Shown piece after piece: positions 19,702-29,532 of a stretch of DNA of 64,000 bases; position 1 is the stretch's first letter; each line of letters starts with the position of its first letter. The notes under the pieces were generated by a model. It did not search any database and was not told where the DNA came from. It was given only the letters and a program-made list of their open reading frames with translations. Source of the DNA: an uncultured bacterium (GTDB lineage Bacteria > Cloacimonadota > Cloacimonadia > Cloacimonadales > TCS61); assembly GCA_965370415.1 (NCBI GenBank), contig CBDUTJ010000006.1:28496-92495 (forward strand), in the 5' to 3' direction. The position numbers were made by a program, and so were the translations under genes.

Positions 19702-20826
19702 ATGTTCAATAAAATAAAAGGTCAGGATAAAGCGATCTCAATTTTAAAACGAGCAATGGAGAACGATAAGATAGCGAATACTTATCTTTTCTACGGACCG
19801 GATGGAATAGGAAAATTCACAACTGCTCTATATTTTGGAATGGCATTAAATTGTCATGCTACATTAGATAAACGACCTTGCGGAGCCTGTTCGTCCTGCA
19901 AGAAATCTTTAACATTTTCGCATCCGGACCTGATCTACGTCTTCCCTTTTCCCAAAGAAACAAACAAACCGGATATTTCTATCGACAGAGAGATCAAATC
20001 CGAAAAAATACTGGAAGAGTATACAAACTACATCGAGAATAAGATCAAAACCCCCTGGAAAGAGTTCTTCTTCACCAAAAATACCGGAATTCGCATCGCC
20101 AGCATCAGGATGCTGGAACACAGGATACAATTAACTCCCAATGAAGGAACTTATAAAATATGTATCATCGAGGATGCTGATCAAATGACCACTCAAGCAG
20201 CAAATGCTTTCCTGAAAACCCTGGAAGAACCTCCATCGGATACTATTATCATTCTTACTTCTTCCAGACCGAATTCACTACTGCCTACTATTACATCTCG
20301 TTGTCAACAGATACCATTTGTACCGATTGCCAGAAAATTGATAGAACAGAAACTGGAAGAAAATAAATCACTGGAAAATATTGAAGCTAAAATGTATGCC
20401 CGTATTGCCAATGGTAACATGGAAAAAGGACTTCGTCTGGTGGAAGAAGGAAGAATAGAAACCCGCGAACAGACAGTTGAATTCCTGCATATCCTTATAA
20501 ATCAGAACGATCTCAGTTTCCTGGATTTTGTAAGCCGATATAGAAGTTCAAAGATGCTGAATAAACTTACAGAAATGATATTACACCTGATAATCTGGAT
20601 TAGTGATATTTCTTATTTCAAGCATGCTCATTCCGAGATCGTTAATCTGGATAAAACCGATATGATCGAAACACTTTACCAGAAAAATTCGGATGTAGAT
20701 GAATATGCTTCCGACCTGATAAACTTCCTGGAAGAAATGCTGCGCAAAATCGACGGTCACGTGAACCAGCAACTGGTTTTAATAGCAATTTATAATAGGC
20801 TATCAAAAACGTTCTTTCCCGGATAG
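19702..20826 (+). CDS. holB: DNA polymerase III delta' subunit
   Basis: YLFYGPDGIGK P-loop-like motif, CGAC..C zinc module, and AANAFLKTLEEPP. Confidence 0.8.
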   Translation: MFNKIKGQDKAISILKRAMENDKIANTYLFYGPDGIGKFTTALYFGMALNCHATLDKRPCGACSSCKKSLTFSHPDLIYVFPFPKETNKPDISIDREIKSEKILEEYTNYIENKIKTPWKEFFFTKNTGIRIASIRMLEHRIQLTPNEGTYKICIIEDADQMTTQAANAFLKTLEEPPSDTIIILTSSRPNSLLPTITSRCQQIPFVPIARKLIEQKLEENKSLENIEAKMYARIANGNMEKGLRLVEEGRIETREQTVEFLHILINQNDLSFLDFVSRYRSSKMLNKLTEMILHLIIWISDISYFKHAHSEIVNLDKTDMIETLYQKNSDVDEYASDLINFLEEMLRKIDGHVNQQLVLIAIYNRLSKTFFPG

Positions 20827-20837
20827 GAGAATAAGCA

Positions 20838-22508
20838 ATGAATAATGAAGAAACAACAAATTTCATTAGAAATATTATCGATGAAGATATAAAAGCAGGA
20901 AAACACGAAGGAAGAGTTCATACACGCTTTCCACCGGAACCAAATGGTCACCTGCACATTGGTCATGCCAAAGCCATTTTGCTGAATTATGGTATAGCAG
21001 TAGATTATGATGGCAAATTCAATCTTCGCTTTGACGACACCAACCCGGAAAAGGAAGAAGAAGAATATGTAAATGCTATTATCAATGATATCAAATGGCT
21101 GGGCTGCGACTGGGAAGATCGCCTGCTGCATGCTTCCGACTACTTTGAACAGATGTACGAATATGCTGTTCAATTAGTTAAAGATGGAAAAGCTTATGTG
21201 GACAGTCAGAGTCCTGAAGATATACGGAAAAATCGCGGTACAGTGACAGAGGTGGGAAAAGACAGTCCGTTCAAGAACCGTCCCATCGAAGAAAATCTCG
21301 ATCTTCTGGAGAAAATGAAAAATGGAGAATTTGAGGAAGGAGCACATGTTCTGCGTGCAAAGATAGATATGGCTTCAGCAAATATGCTGATGCGTGATCC
21401 GCTGATGTACAGGATTCGCCATGCCGAACACTATCGAACAAGCAATAAATGGCACATCTACCCGATGTATGATTTTGCCCACTGCCTGGAAGATTCCATC
21501 GAAGGCATAACCCATTCGCTCTGCTCTATCGAATTTGAAAATAACCGTCCCCTTTACGACTGGTTCCTGGATCAATTAAACGTTCATCATCCTCAGCAGA
21601 TCGAATTTGCTAGACTTTATTTAAGCCACACAGTACTGAGCAAGCGCAAACTTATCGAATTAGTGGAAGGTGGACATGTTCACAATTGGGATGATCCCAG
21701 GATGCCCACCATCTCCGGCTTAAGAAGGCGTGGTTATACTCCAGATTCTATTCGCAATTTCTGTGACAGGATCGGCTTGGCAAAACGACAAAGCATCGTA
21801 GATATGGCGCTGCTGGAATTCTCCATCCGAGAAGAACTAAATAAAACAGCTCAGCGTAGAATGGCTGTTCTTGATCCCTTAAAGGTGGTAATAGAAAATT
21901 ATCCGGAAGACCTTGTAGAAGAGATGGATGCAGTAAATAATCCTGAAGACCCGGATGCCGGAACACGAAAAGTGCTGTTCTCAAAAATCATCTATATCGA
22001 ACGGGAAGATTTTATGGAAGAACCTCCCAAAAAATTCTTTCGTCTAGCTCCCGGACGGGAAGTTAGATTACGTTATGCTTATTTTATTAAATGTGAGAGA
22101 GTTATAAAAGATGAAAAAGGCAACATCATCGAATTGCACTGCAGCTATGATCCCGAATCGCGTGGTGGAAAATCACCTGATGGTAGAAAAGTGAAAGCAA
22201 CCTTGCACTGGGTTTCTGCTGAACATGCTATCGATGCGGAAGTTCGCCTGTATGAGCATCTATTTACAGTTGCCGATCTAAGTGCTGTGGAAGGAGATTT
22301 CAAAGAATATATAAACCCGGATTCGCTGAAGATCCTAACCGAATGCAAACTCGAACCGAGTTTACTTAATGTGGAAAAAGGAAACAGATTCCAATTTGAG
22401 AGAAAGGGATATTTTTACGTCGATCCGGACTCATTAAAAGAGAAACTGGTTTTCAATAGAACTGTTACGCTGCGTGATGAATGGGCAAGATTACAGAAGA
22501 GAAAGTAA
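20838..22508 (+). CDS. glnS: Glutamine--tRNA ligase
   Basis: [14 protein letters not shown] (HIGH) and VLSKRKL (KMSKS) motifs; length 556 aa. Confidence 0.9.
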   Translation: MNNEETTNFIRNIIDEDIKAGKHEGRVHTRFPPEPNGHLHIGHAKAILLNYGIAVDYDGKFNLRFDDTNPEKEEEEYVNAIINDIKWLGCDWEDRLLHASDYFEQMYEYAVQLVKDGKAYVDSQSPEDIRKNRGTVTEVGKDSPFKNRPIEENLDLLEKMKNGEFEEGAHVLRAKIDMASANMLMRDPLMYRIRHAEHYRTSNKWHIYPMYDFAHCLEDSIEGITHSLCSIEFENNRPLYDWFLDQLNVHHPQQIEFARLYLSHTVLSKRKLIELVEGGHVHNWDDPRMPTISGLRRRGYTPDSIRNFCDRIGLAKRQSIVDMALLEFSIREELNKTAQRRMAVLDPLKVVIENYPEDLVEEMDAVNNPEDPDAGTRKVLFSKIIYIEREDFMEEPPKKFFRLAPGREVRLRYAYFIKCERVIKDEKGNIIELHCSYDPESRGGKSPDGRKVKATLHWVSAEHAIDAEVRLYEHLFTVADLSAVEGDFKEYINPDSLKILTECKLEPSLLNVEKGNRFQFERKGYFYVDPDSLKEKLVFNRTVTLRDEWARLQKRK

Positions 22509-23191
22509 TGAAAAAGCTTATCGCAATAGTTGATGATGAACTGGATATTCTGGATTTGGTTGCCATAAACCTGGAAAAAACAGGTTTCCAGACAGCTAAA
22601 TTTGAAGATGCTTCCGGTTTATTGAACTTTCTGGAAAGTAAAATCCCCGACCTGATCGTGCTCGATCTGATGCTGCCGGATATCGATGGTTTCGATGTAT
22701 GCAAGAACCTGAAAAAAAATGATAAATTCTCCTCGATCCCCATCATTATGCTAACTGCCAAAGGAGAAGAAACAGATCGGATTTTGGGTCTGGAATTCGG
22801 CGCAGACGATTATATAGTAAAACCTTTTTCTCCACGTGAACTTGTTGCGCGGGTTAAAGCTGTCCTCAGACGAAGTGATCCCAAGCAAAAAGAAAAAGAA
22901 GTTCTGATAGTTGGTAAAATCCTGAAGATTAACACAAATAAATTTGAAGTATTTGTAAAAGATAAAAAAATCGATCTGACTTCGACCGAATTCAATCTTC
23001 TCAAACTCCTTACCAAAAGGATCGGCTGGGTTTATTCCAGGAATCAGATACTCGATCATCTATGGGGAAACGATAAAATAGTCATAGATAGAACAGTGGA
23101 TGTTCATATAAAAAACCTGCGGGAGAAACTGGGACCGGCAGGTAAATTCATAAAAAATATTCGCAGTGTGGGATATAAAATAGAAGAGTGA
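22508..23191 (+). CDS. phoB: OmpR/PhoB-family response regulator
   Basis: Start moved to [11 protein letters not shown], where TAATG overlaps the glnS stop. Receiver motifs DL.LPD.DG and TAKG, plus a winged-helix C-terminus. The symbol is inferred from the PhoR-like partner and the pst neighbourhood. Confidence 0.75.
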   Translation: MKKLIAIVDDELDILDLVAINLEKTGFQTAKFEDASGLLNFLESKIPDLIVLDLMLPDIDGFDVCKNLKKNDKFSSIPIIMLTAKGEETDRILGLEFGADDYIVKPFSPRELVARVKAVLRRSDPKQKEKEVLIVGKILKINTNKFEVFVKDKKIDLTSTEFNLLKLLTKRIGWVYSRNQILDHLWGNDKIVIDRTVDVHIKNLREKLGPAGKFIKNIRSVGYKIEE

Positions 23192-23215
23192 AATGAAACT
23201 ACAAATTAAAATCTT

Positions 23216-23245
23216 GTTCCTATCCAGCAGCTGCCGGATGGGAAC
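23216..23245. repeat. REP-like imperfect palindrome GTTCCTATCCAGCAGCTGCCGGATGGGAAC between phoB and phoR
   Basis: Read directly. Arms belong to the GTTCC...GGAAC family. Confidence 0.7.
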
Positions 23246-23263
23246 GCAATAGAGAAGACTAGT

Positions 23264-24580
23264 ATGAAACTTTTCAACAAAGCAATTCGTACATTTTCCA
23301 TCACTCTGATATTGTATGCAATCCTGGTTTTTGTTCTCATCGTTCACGTGATACCGTTCACCAGCCTCCTGCTGGCAATATCGCTGATCACTATTATAGT
23401 CCTACTCATCTCGATCTTCTATTCATATTCCATTATTAAACCTGTTGAAAACCTTAATGAGCAAATCGGGAAAATTGCAGAAGGTGATTTCTCCGAATTA
23501 AAATATCCTAAAAATCTCGAATACAGGGATATCTTCAACAATTTAGATAGCATTTCTAAAAAACTTCAAAAATATGAAGCTAAGCTTTCCAAACAAAAAG
23601 AAGGATTTAATACCATCATCGAATCGATTAAAGAAGCTATCTGGATTCAGGATAAGAAAGGATTTATTACAACTTCAAACCAGAGCTTTATGAACCTTGT
23701 ACAGCAAAGGAATGTAAAAGGTCAGTATTTCTGGAATGTGATCCGGGGAAAAGAACTTTATGATGTTGCTGACAACATCTTTAAAAAACCAGAGAACAGA
23801 ACCGAAGAAATAGAGATGGATGGAAAACACTACCTTTGCAGCACATCCCATTCCCTGCTTACGGAAGAAACAGTTTTTATCCTGTATGATATTACCGAAA
23901 TCCGCCAATTAGAGAACATAAAAAAAGATTTTATACTTAATGTTTCCCACGAACTGCGAACTCCGCTCACTTCCATAAAAGGCTACATGGAAACCCTTGA
24001 AGATGAGATCGGTGATGAACATCCAACTTATATCGAGGTCATAAAACGCAACACAGATCGGTTGATAAACATCGTTAAAGACCTGCTTACCCTTTCCAGG
24101 CTGGAACACGATATTTCCCTGGAAAAAGAAGAGATAGAACCAGATGAATTTCTGAAGAATATCAACAAGATTTTCGAGCATCGTCTTAAAGAGAAGAAAC
24201 TGAAATTCAGCTATACTATCGAAAATAAGCTGGAAACGTTTGTTGCAGATAGATTCAAATGGGAACAGGTTTTCATTAACCTGATAGATAATGCCATTAA
24301 ATACACCGAAAAAGGTGAAATAAAAATAGAAGTAAAACAGGAAGATGACAAAATCATATTTGAGATCATTGATACTGGAAATGGAATTGCACCGGAACAT
24401 CTTCCCCGCCTTTTTGAACGCTTCTACACGGTAGATAAATCGCGTTCCCGCAAAATGGGCGGAACAGGACTGGGACTTTCCATCGTGAAACATATCGTCA
24501 ATCTTCACAAAGGAACGATAAAAGTGGAAAGCAAAGTTGGACAGGGAACAAGATTTGTTGTTAAGCTCCCAATAAATTAA
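23264..24580 (+). CDS. phoR: Sensor histidine kinase (TM-HAMP-PAS-HisKA-HATPase), PhoR-like
   Basis: H-box SHELRTPLTSIKGY, N-box NLIDNAIKYT and G-boxes DTGNGI and GGTGLGLSIVK. Confidence 0.8.
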   Translation: MKLFNKAIRTFSITLILYAILVFVLIVHVIPFTSLLLAISLITIIVLLISIFYSYSIIKPVENLNEQIGKIAEGDFSELKYPKNLEYRDIFNNLDSISKKLQKYEAKLSKQKEGFNTIIESIKEAIWIQDKKGFITTSNQSFMNLVQQRNVKGQYFWNVIRGKELYDVADNIFKKPENRTEEIEMDGKHYLCSTSHSLLTEETVFILYDITEIRQLENIKKDFILNVSHELRTPLTSIKGYMETLEDEIGDEHPTYIEVIKRNTDRLINIVKDLLTLSRLEHDISLEKEEIEPDEFLKNINKIFEHRLKEKKLKFSYTIENKLETFVADRFKWEQVFINLIDNAIKYTEKGEIKIEVKQEDDKIIFEIIDTGNGIAPEHLPRLFERFYTVDKSRSRKMGGTGLGLSIVKHIVNLHKGTIKVESKVGQGTRFVVKLPIN

Positions 24581-24610
24581 ACTTCCGAAGTTTTCAAAAC
24601 TACGGAAGTT
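24579..24610 (+). terminator. Hairpin ACTTCCGAAGTTTT-C-AAAACTACGGAAGT after phoR
   Basis: Imperfect 13-bp stem overlapping the stop codon. The tail TTTAT is only weakly T-rich. Confidence 0.5.
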
Positions 24611-24679
24611 TATAAAAAAGTTGCTAAAAAATTCGGCATAATTAATTTGTAATTAGTTTAAAATAAAGAGGAAAAAGAA

Positions 24680-24967
24680 ATGAATAGAGATGAGATTTTA
24701 ATTGTTTTAAAAAAAAATAAAAAAACATTACAAACAAAATTTAAAGTGAAACAGATAGGTCTTTTCGGTAGTTTCGCCAGAAATGAGCAAAATGAAAATA
24801 GCGATATCGACATATTTGTTGAGACCGAACCGAAAATTGAGTATCTTTTTGGAATTGAAGATTTTTTAAAAAGCAGATTACATAAAAAAGTAGATGTTAT
24901 TAGAAAGCATAGATTTATTAGAAAAAGATTTTTGCATTCCATTGAAAAGGATATAATTTATGTTTAA
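24680..24967 (+). CDS. mnt: MNT-type nucleotidyltransferase antitoxin
   Basis: GLFGSFARNEQNENSDIDIFV matches the GS-X10-DxD minimal NTase motif. 95 aa; overlaps the next gene by 8 nt. Confidence 0.8.
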   Translation: MNRDEILIVLKKNKKTLQTKFKVKQIGLFGSFARNEQNENSDIDIFVETEPKIEYLFGIEDFLKSRLHKKVDVIRKHRFIRKRFLHSIEKDIIYV

Positions 24968-25328
24968 TGAATTGATATTTAACATTTTAAATGATATACA
25001 AGATTCAATTGAAATTATTTTAAAAAGAATAAAAGAGATAAATACTGCTGAAGATTTTCTTGAAAATGATTTTAATCTCACAATTTATGATGCTGTTGTT
25101 ATGCGTTTGCAAGTTATTGGAGAATTGATAAAAAGTATTCAAAATAAAAATCTAAATTTTCTTAAACAATATAATCTAATCGACTGGAATGAAATTATCA
25201 GAATGAGAGATAAAATTTCTCATCATTATTTGGATTTAGATGTCGAGATAGTCTTTAATATTTGCAAAGAAAACATCCCTGAATTAAAGAAGGTTATTAA
25301 TATCATTCTAAATGATTTTAAAATGTAA
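24960..25328 (+). CDS. hepT: HEPN/DUF86 toxin (HepT)
   Basis: RMRDKISHHY matches the R-X4-6-H HEPN motif. 122 aa; paired with the upstream MNT. Confidence 0.8.
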   Translation: MFNELIFNILNDIQDSIEIILKRIKEINTAEDFLENDFNLTIYDAVVMRLQVIGELIKSIQNKNLNFLKQYNLIDWNEIIRMRDKISHHYLDLDVEIVFNICKENIPELKKVINIILNDFKM

Positions 25329-25346
25329 AAAACCTTTACCTTTTTT

Positions 25347-25409
25347 CAAGCATCCTGGCTGAAAAATATTGTTAATCTTCACGAGGGAACACTGTGTATC
25401 TGGTTATGA
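25347..25409 (+). pseudogene. Relic of a histidine-kinase 3' end (..LKNIVNLHEGTLCIWL*)
   Basis: 25362-25391 matches phoR 24488-24519 (KHIVNLHKGTI) at about 25 of 32 nt by eye. No upstream kinase ORF is attached. Confidence 0.4.
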
Positions 25410-25429
25410 AACCGGAGTTTCGTAACCAG
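25400..25429. repeat. REP-like hairpin CTGGTTATGAAAC-CGGA-GTTTCGTAACCAG
   Basis: Read directly; 13-bp stem with one G-U/mismatch position. Confidence 0.7.
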
Positions 25430-25486
25430 CAGAAACGAGATTCATTATGAAATTACCAAAGTTAATTTAATAATGAAGGAGTTTAT

Positions 25487-26593
25487 ATGAAGAATCTTTT
25501 TATCATCGTTTTATTATTAGTTATTAGTACATCACTTTTTTCAGATGATTTCTATGAAATTTTGAATGAAGATTTTTTACCAACAGATAGCCTAATTCGG
25601 AATCAAATACAATATAGATTTGGTCATTTAATTGACTCAATTGGTCATTATTTGATTGGATATGATTTCTCCAATCTCAGTGTATTTGGATTTAAAGATA
25701 ATTATATTGAACTTATTCACACATTTGATATTAAACATTTGAACTTAGGATATAAAAATCAGTTTAAGTGTATTGTAGGAGATTTTAATAATAATAAAGT
25801 TGATGAAATTATCTTTTACTTGAACAAGCGAATAATCTTATTTGAATGGAATGGTCATGAGTTTCAATTAACAGAATATGAAAGCCCTTACTATATCCAT
25901 CAATGTATAATTGGTGATGTTACAAATAATGGAAAAAATGAACTCATAATGAGTTGTATGGATGATTCATTAGAGAAAGTGTATCCTCATGGAGAATATG
26001 ACACTCATCTTAGAGTATTATTAGCAACGCTTGAGTCTGGAAACATTGCTTTTTTTTATAATAAAAAAACTGACTTAAACTTAAGAATTAATGCTATTAT
26101 GCCTTCTGATAAATTAGTTGCAACTTTTGATATAGATAATAACGGAATAAATAAATTAATTATTTCAAATATGCAATCAGATGTAAGTCCAACTTATTAT
26201 AGAATATATTTGTGGGATAATGAATTAAAATCATTTAATTTGTTTAATCAATTTGAAATTACAAATCTTCATTTGAATCCAACTCAGCTTAAATATGAGA
26301 ATTTGATAAATTATGTGACAGGTACTTTACATCCAATAAGTTTAAATAAAACAAATTATTTCTTAGCTAATATTTGGGGTGCTAATAAGTCATTCACAAG
26401 TCATGCTAGATTACTTTCAATTGAAGATAACAACTTAATGTGTCATGGCGAGATAGAAGAAAAAGGATGTTGGGCTTATAATACTTTCATTTTTCAGACT
26501 GATAACAACACAATTTGTATCTTACTTTTGTCTTTGAAAAACTATAACCGAGAGTACAAATTGTATTACAAGCTTGGCTATGTTCACTTCTAA
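25487..26593 (+). CDS. Secreted protein with FG-GAP/integrin-alpha-like repeats
   Basis: Signal peptide. Recurrent GDFNNNKVDEII, GDVTNNGKNELI and FDIDNNGINKLI loops. Very AT-rich. Confidence 0.55.
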   Translation: MKNLFIIVLLLVISTSLFSDDFYEILNEDFLPTDSLIRNQIQYRFGHLIDSIGHYLIGYDFSNLSVFGFKDNYIELIHTFDIKHLNLGYKNQFKCIVGDFNNNKVDEIIFYLNKRIILFEWNGHEFQLTEYESPYYIHQCIIGDVTNNGKNELIMSCMDDSLEKVYPHGEYDTHLRVLLATLESGNIAFFYNKKTDLNLRINAIMPSDKLVATFDIDNNGINKLIISNMQSDVSPTYYRIYLWDNELKSFNLFNQFEITNLHLNPTQLKYENLINYVTGTLHPISLNKTNYFLANIWGANKSFTSHARLLSIEDNNLMCHGEIEEKGCWAYNTFIFQTDNNTICILLLSLKNYNREYKLYYKLGYVHF

Positions 26594-26599
26594 TAGGTC

Positions 26600-27067
26600 A
26601 TGAATAAAGACAAAATCGCAACTGAATACCTTCCACTTGTGAGAAGCATTGTAAAGAAATTTGCTCATCTCGGTGTTCCCACTGAAGACCTGGAGCAGGA
26701 AGGAATGATCGGTCTTCTGGAAGCTGCTGATAGATTTGAAGATGATAAAGGTGCAAAATTTAGCACTTATGCAACTTACTGGATAAAGAAAAAAATGCTG
26801 GCAGCAATAGATAAAGAAAAGAAGAGTTCTCTGGATTCGATAAAACTGACAGAAGAATCGGTTGAAACCAAAGAAGGTGAATTAATAACCAGCCAGTATT
26901 TAAAACTCCCACAAAATATGCCCGATCTCGAAAGAAAGATATTACGAATGCTATTTGAAGAACAACTTACTTTAAAGGAAATTGCACAGGAATTGAAAAT
27001 CTCGCGGGAACGTGTTCGACAACTGAAAGAAAAAGCTTTAAGACGGATGAGGGCGGAAAAGCTGTAA
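26600..27067 (+). CDS. Minimal sigma-70-family factor (regions 2 and 4 only, 155 aa)
   Basis: DLEQEGMIGLLEAADRFEDDKGAKFSTYATYWIKK (region 2.2-2.4) and LTLKEIAQELKISRERVRQLKEKALRRMR (region 4.2). Confidence 0.75.
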   Translation: MNKDKIATEYLPLVRSIVKKFAHLGVPTEDLEQEGMIGLLEAADRFEDDKGAKFSTYATYWIKKKMLAAIDKEKKSSLDSIKLTEESVETKEGELITSQYLKLPQNMPDLERKILRMLFEEQLTLKEIAQELKISRERVRQLKEKALRRMRAEKL

Positions 27068-27221
27068 AGTGAGCTGCCAGTTCGCTAACGAGAAACAGAG
27101 ATTTTGATTGTAGCAACAATAAAACCTTCACCCCTATCATTAATATTACGATATAAAACACACAAATAATGGAAACCAAATGCATTCAATTTTCTTCAAA
27201 ATTCCTCATCCAAGCTCAATA

Positions 27222-28079
27222 TCAAAATATGATGATTCCAAAAGTAACAGCTAAACATCTGTATTGATTTTTGAAAATTTGGTGAGGATCGTTTATCTTA
27301 TATTTGCGATAATTTATCTGGTACATTATACTCAGGTTATATCGATCACTGAAAATCATTTCCAGACCACTTCCCAAAAATAAACCTCCATCATTATCTT
27401 CAAAGAGTTTACTATCTTCTGTTACAAAAAAATTGTATCCACATTTTGCAGATAAGAGAAAATAGAATATTTCATGAGAATATATCTGGTAGGAACCGAA
27501 AGCAAAAATCGGCAAAAAATAGAATTCACTTTCATCAACTTTCTTCACTTTCCGAAACAGCTGATAAGTAGTACCAATGCCAACATCCAGTTTATTGGTT
27601 ACTTCATAATAACCACAAATAGTTCCCGAATAGCCAGGCTTCACATCGTGTGTCATAGTAGTATCCTGCTCTATGATTTCATATTCAGATTTCAACTTAC
27701 CCAGAGTTTCAAGACCTAAATTGATTTTCAATTTTATCTTGCTGTTACGCGGTTTAGGAATATGGATAACTTCGCTGAACTTAGATTCATCGAAATCGTA
27801 TCTTTGATCACCTTCGAAAATAATATCCATTTCATGGGAAGTAGTTTTATCTATCAACTCAATCACACTGTCTTTGATAATATAGAGAGTATCATTTTTT
27901 GCAATATAGTATTTTCTGTTTCGCACAAATAGCAAGTCACCTTTTATGGGTAGATTGTTTTTTACAGTCACTTCTATCGCTGACAAACCGGAAAGCAAAA
28001 TCAGCAAAATGTAAATCATTCCAAAACAATAAAGTTTTTTCAAAATGTCTCCTTTGAACTTATAAATCGATGATAGCAT
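27222..28079 (-). CDS. Putative outer-membrane beta-barrel protein
   Basis: Hydrophobic N-terminus, alternating strands in the C-terminal half, and a terminal ...TFGIIIF ending in Phe. Confidence 0.45.
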   Translation of the reverse strand: MLSSIYKFKGDILKKLYCFGMIYILLILLSGLSAIEVTVKNNLPIKGDLLFVRNRKYYIAKNDTLYIIKDSVIELIDKTTSHEMDIIFEGDQRYDFDESKFSEVIHIPKPRNSKIKLKINLGLETLGKLKSEYEIIEQDTTMTHDVKPGYSGTICGYYEVTNKLDVGIGTTYQLFRKVKKVDESEFYFLPIFAFGSYQIYSHEIFYFLLSAKCGYNFFVTEDSKLFEDNDGGLFLGSGLEMIFSDRYNLSIMYQINYRKYKINDPHQIFKNQYRCLAVTFGIIIF

Positions 28080-28321
28080 TATTTTGTCTTAAATAATGTC
28101 AATTTTTTTAAATACAATCAAGCTCTATGTCATTTGACTCTTTCAGGATTGGAATAAAACCGAAATGAATGAAAAATTGCCAAAGGCAGGTGAACCTTGA
28201 AAGCGCTAAGCAAGTAGAAGTATTGAAAGAAACCTTTTCCAAAGTTAATCAGTAGCAGGAGTACATCCTAAGAATCTTTTATTATCGCACAACTCCTACT
28301 CCTAATAACATTCATAATCTT

Positions 28322-28376
28322 CTTAACACAATCTTAACATTCACCATATACTAACTTAACTTTCCCTCCGTATAAT
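28322..28376 (+). promoter_or_regulatory. Pho-box-like array (CTTAAC(A) at 28322, 28333 and 28355, 11-bp phase) followed by TATAAT at 28371
   Basis: Read directly. The geometry (direct heptamers on an 11-bp phase, ending ~9 nt before the -10) mirrors PhoB-dependent promoters, though the sequence differs from the E. coli CTGTCAT. Confidence 0.4.
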
Positions 28377-28459
28377 AAAGTTGAACGGACAAAATAAATG
28401 TCCGAAAAAATCCGGCTTCTCCGGCAGCCGCCGGATACACCGGGATAAAGGAGGAGAAA

Positions 28460-29527
28460 GTGAAAAAAGTATTACTGATTGTAATTTTAACAATCGTTGC
28501 ATTTGGTATTTTGAATGCAGAAACAAAACTGAAAATGGAACTGTGGAATCGTTGGACGTACCAGACGATCGATGGTGAAGTAACAAAAAATGAGCTGGCT
28601 CTCAAGAGAGGTTACTTTCGTCTTGAACCAAAATTCGGGAACAACATTAAAGGTCGTTTCAATGTAGATTTCTTCAGCAGTGACAAGGATACTGATACTA
28701 ACGGTGCAGGTCTGAAGATCAAGTATGCTTACCTGGATTTCAGCAATATGCTTCCTATCAAAGATTCCAAAATTACTGTGGGATTAATGAAAACGTATTT
28801 CGGAACTATCTATGACTGGACTTATATAACTATCGATAAAGATCCTTCCGATAAGTACAAGTTCGTTAGTTCAACGGATTACGGTTTTGGTGTAACAGGT
28901 TATTTACCAAACGGATTTGGTACTTACGCTCTGGCAGCTTACAATGGTGAAGGTTACAAAAAAACTGCTGGAGACATCAATAAAGACCTCAACTTTGTTG
29001 CCAACCTGCGTGTAACTCCCATTGTCGGTGTTACTGTTGGTGGTTCATATATGATGAAAACAAAATACGACAGCGAAATCGATGATGGAACAGGCAACAT
29101 GATCGACAATCCAGATAGAGAAGAATACAGCATGATCGCCGGTGTTGGAAAATTTGCTTTCGGTCCTTTCAGTCTGCTGGCTCAATACCTGATGAAAGAC
29201 AAAAACAAACCGAACGTAGATGATTATCAAAAAGTTAAAACAACTGCACTATCTTTACTGCCAATCTTCAAAGTTAATAACAACTTCGATATTCTGGCTC
29301 GTTACGACATCTATGATCCCGATACGGAAACAGACGATGATGGATATAACACGATTGTTGCTGGTTTTAACTATCACATTATGAGAGATGCAAAGAACAA
29401 TCCGAAATTATTCGTCCAAACCAACTATCAGATAAAACAATATGAAGCTGAAGATTCTGATGATGTAAGTGAACTTATGATGCAGCTTCGCTGGATATTC
29501 TCAGAAACAATTAATAAAGGTAAGTAA
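28460..29527 (+). CDS. Beta-barrel porin, probably phosphate-selective by context
   Basis: GTG start after AAAGGAGGAG; signal peptide; alternating beta-strand pattern. First gene of the pst cluster. Confidence 0.55.
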   Translation: MKKVLLIVILTIVAFGILNAETKLKMELWNRWTYQTIDGEVTKNELALKRGYFRLEPKFGNNIKGRFNVDFFSSDKDTDTNGAGLKIKYAYLDFSNMLPIKDSKITVGLMKTYFGTIYDWTYITIDKDPSDKYKFVSSTDYGFGVTGYLPNGFGTYALAAYNGEGYKKTAGDINKDLNFVANLRVTPIVGVTVGGSYMMKTKYDSEIDDGTGNMIDNPDREEYSMIAGVGKFAFGPFSLLAQYLMKDKNKPNVDDYQKVKTTALSLLPIFKVNNNFDILARYDIYDPDTETDDDGYNTIVAGFNYHIMRDAKNNPKLFVQTNYQIKQYEAEDSDDVSELMMQLRWIFSETINKGK

Positions 29528-29532
29528 ATTAG

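Noticed and set aside
28351-28605. Short ORFs overlapping the porin leader (28351-28605 minus, 28381-28578 plus)
   Set aside because: They overlap the strong RBS and start of the porin gene and the GC-rich leader hairpins, and have no independent translation signals.
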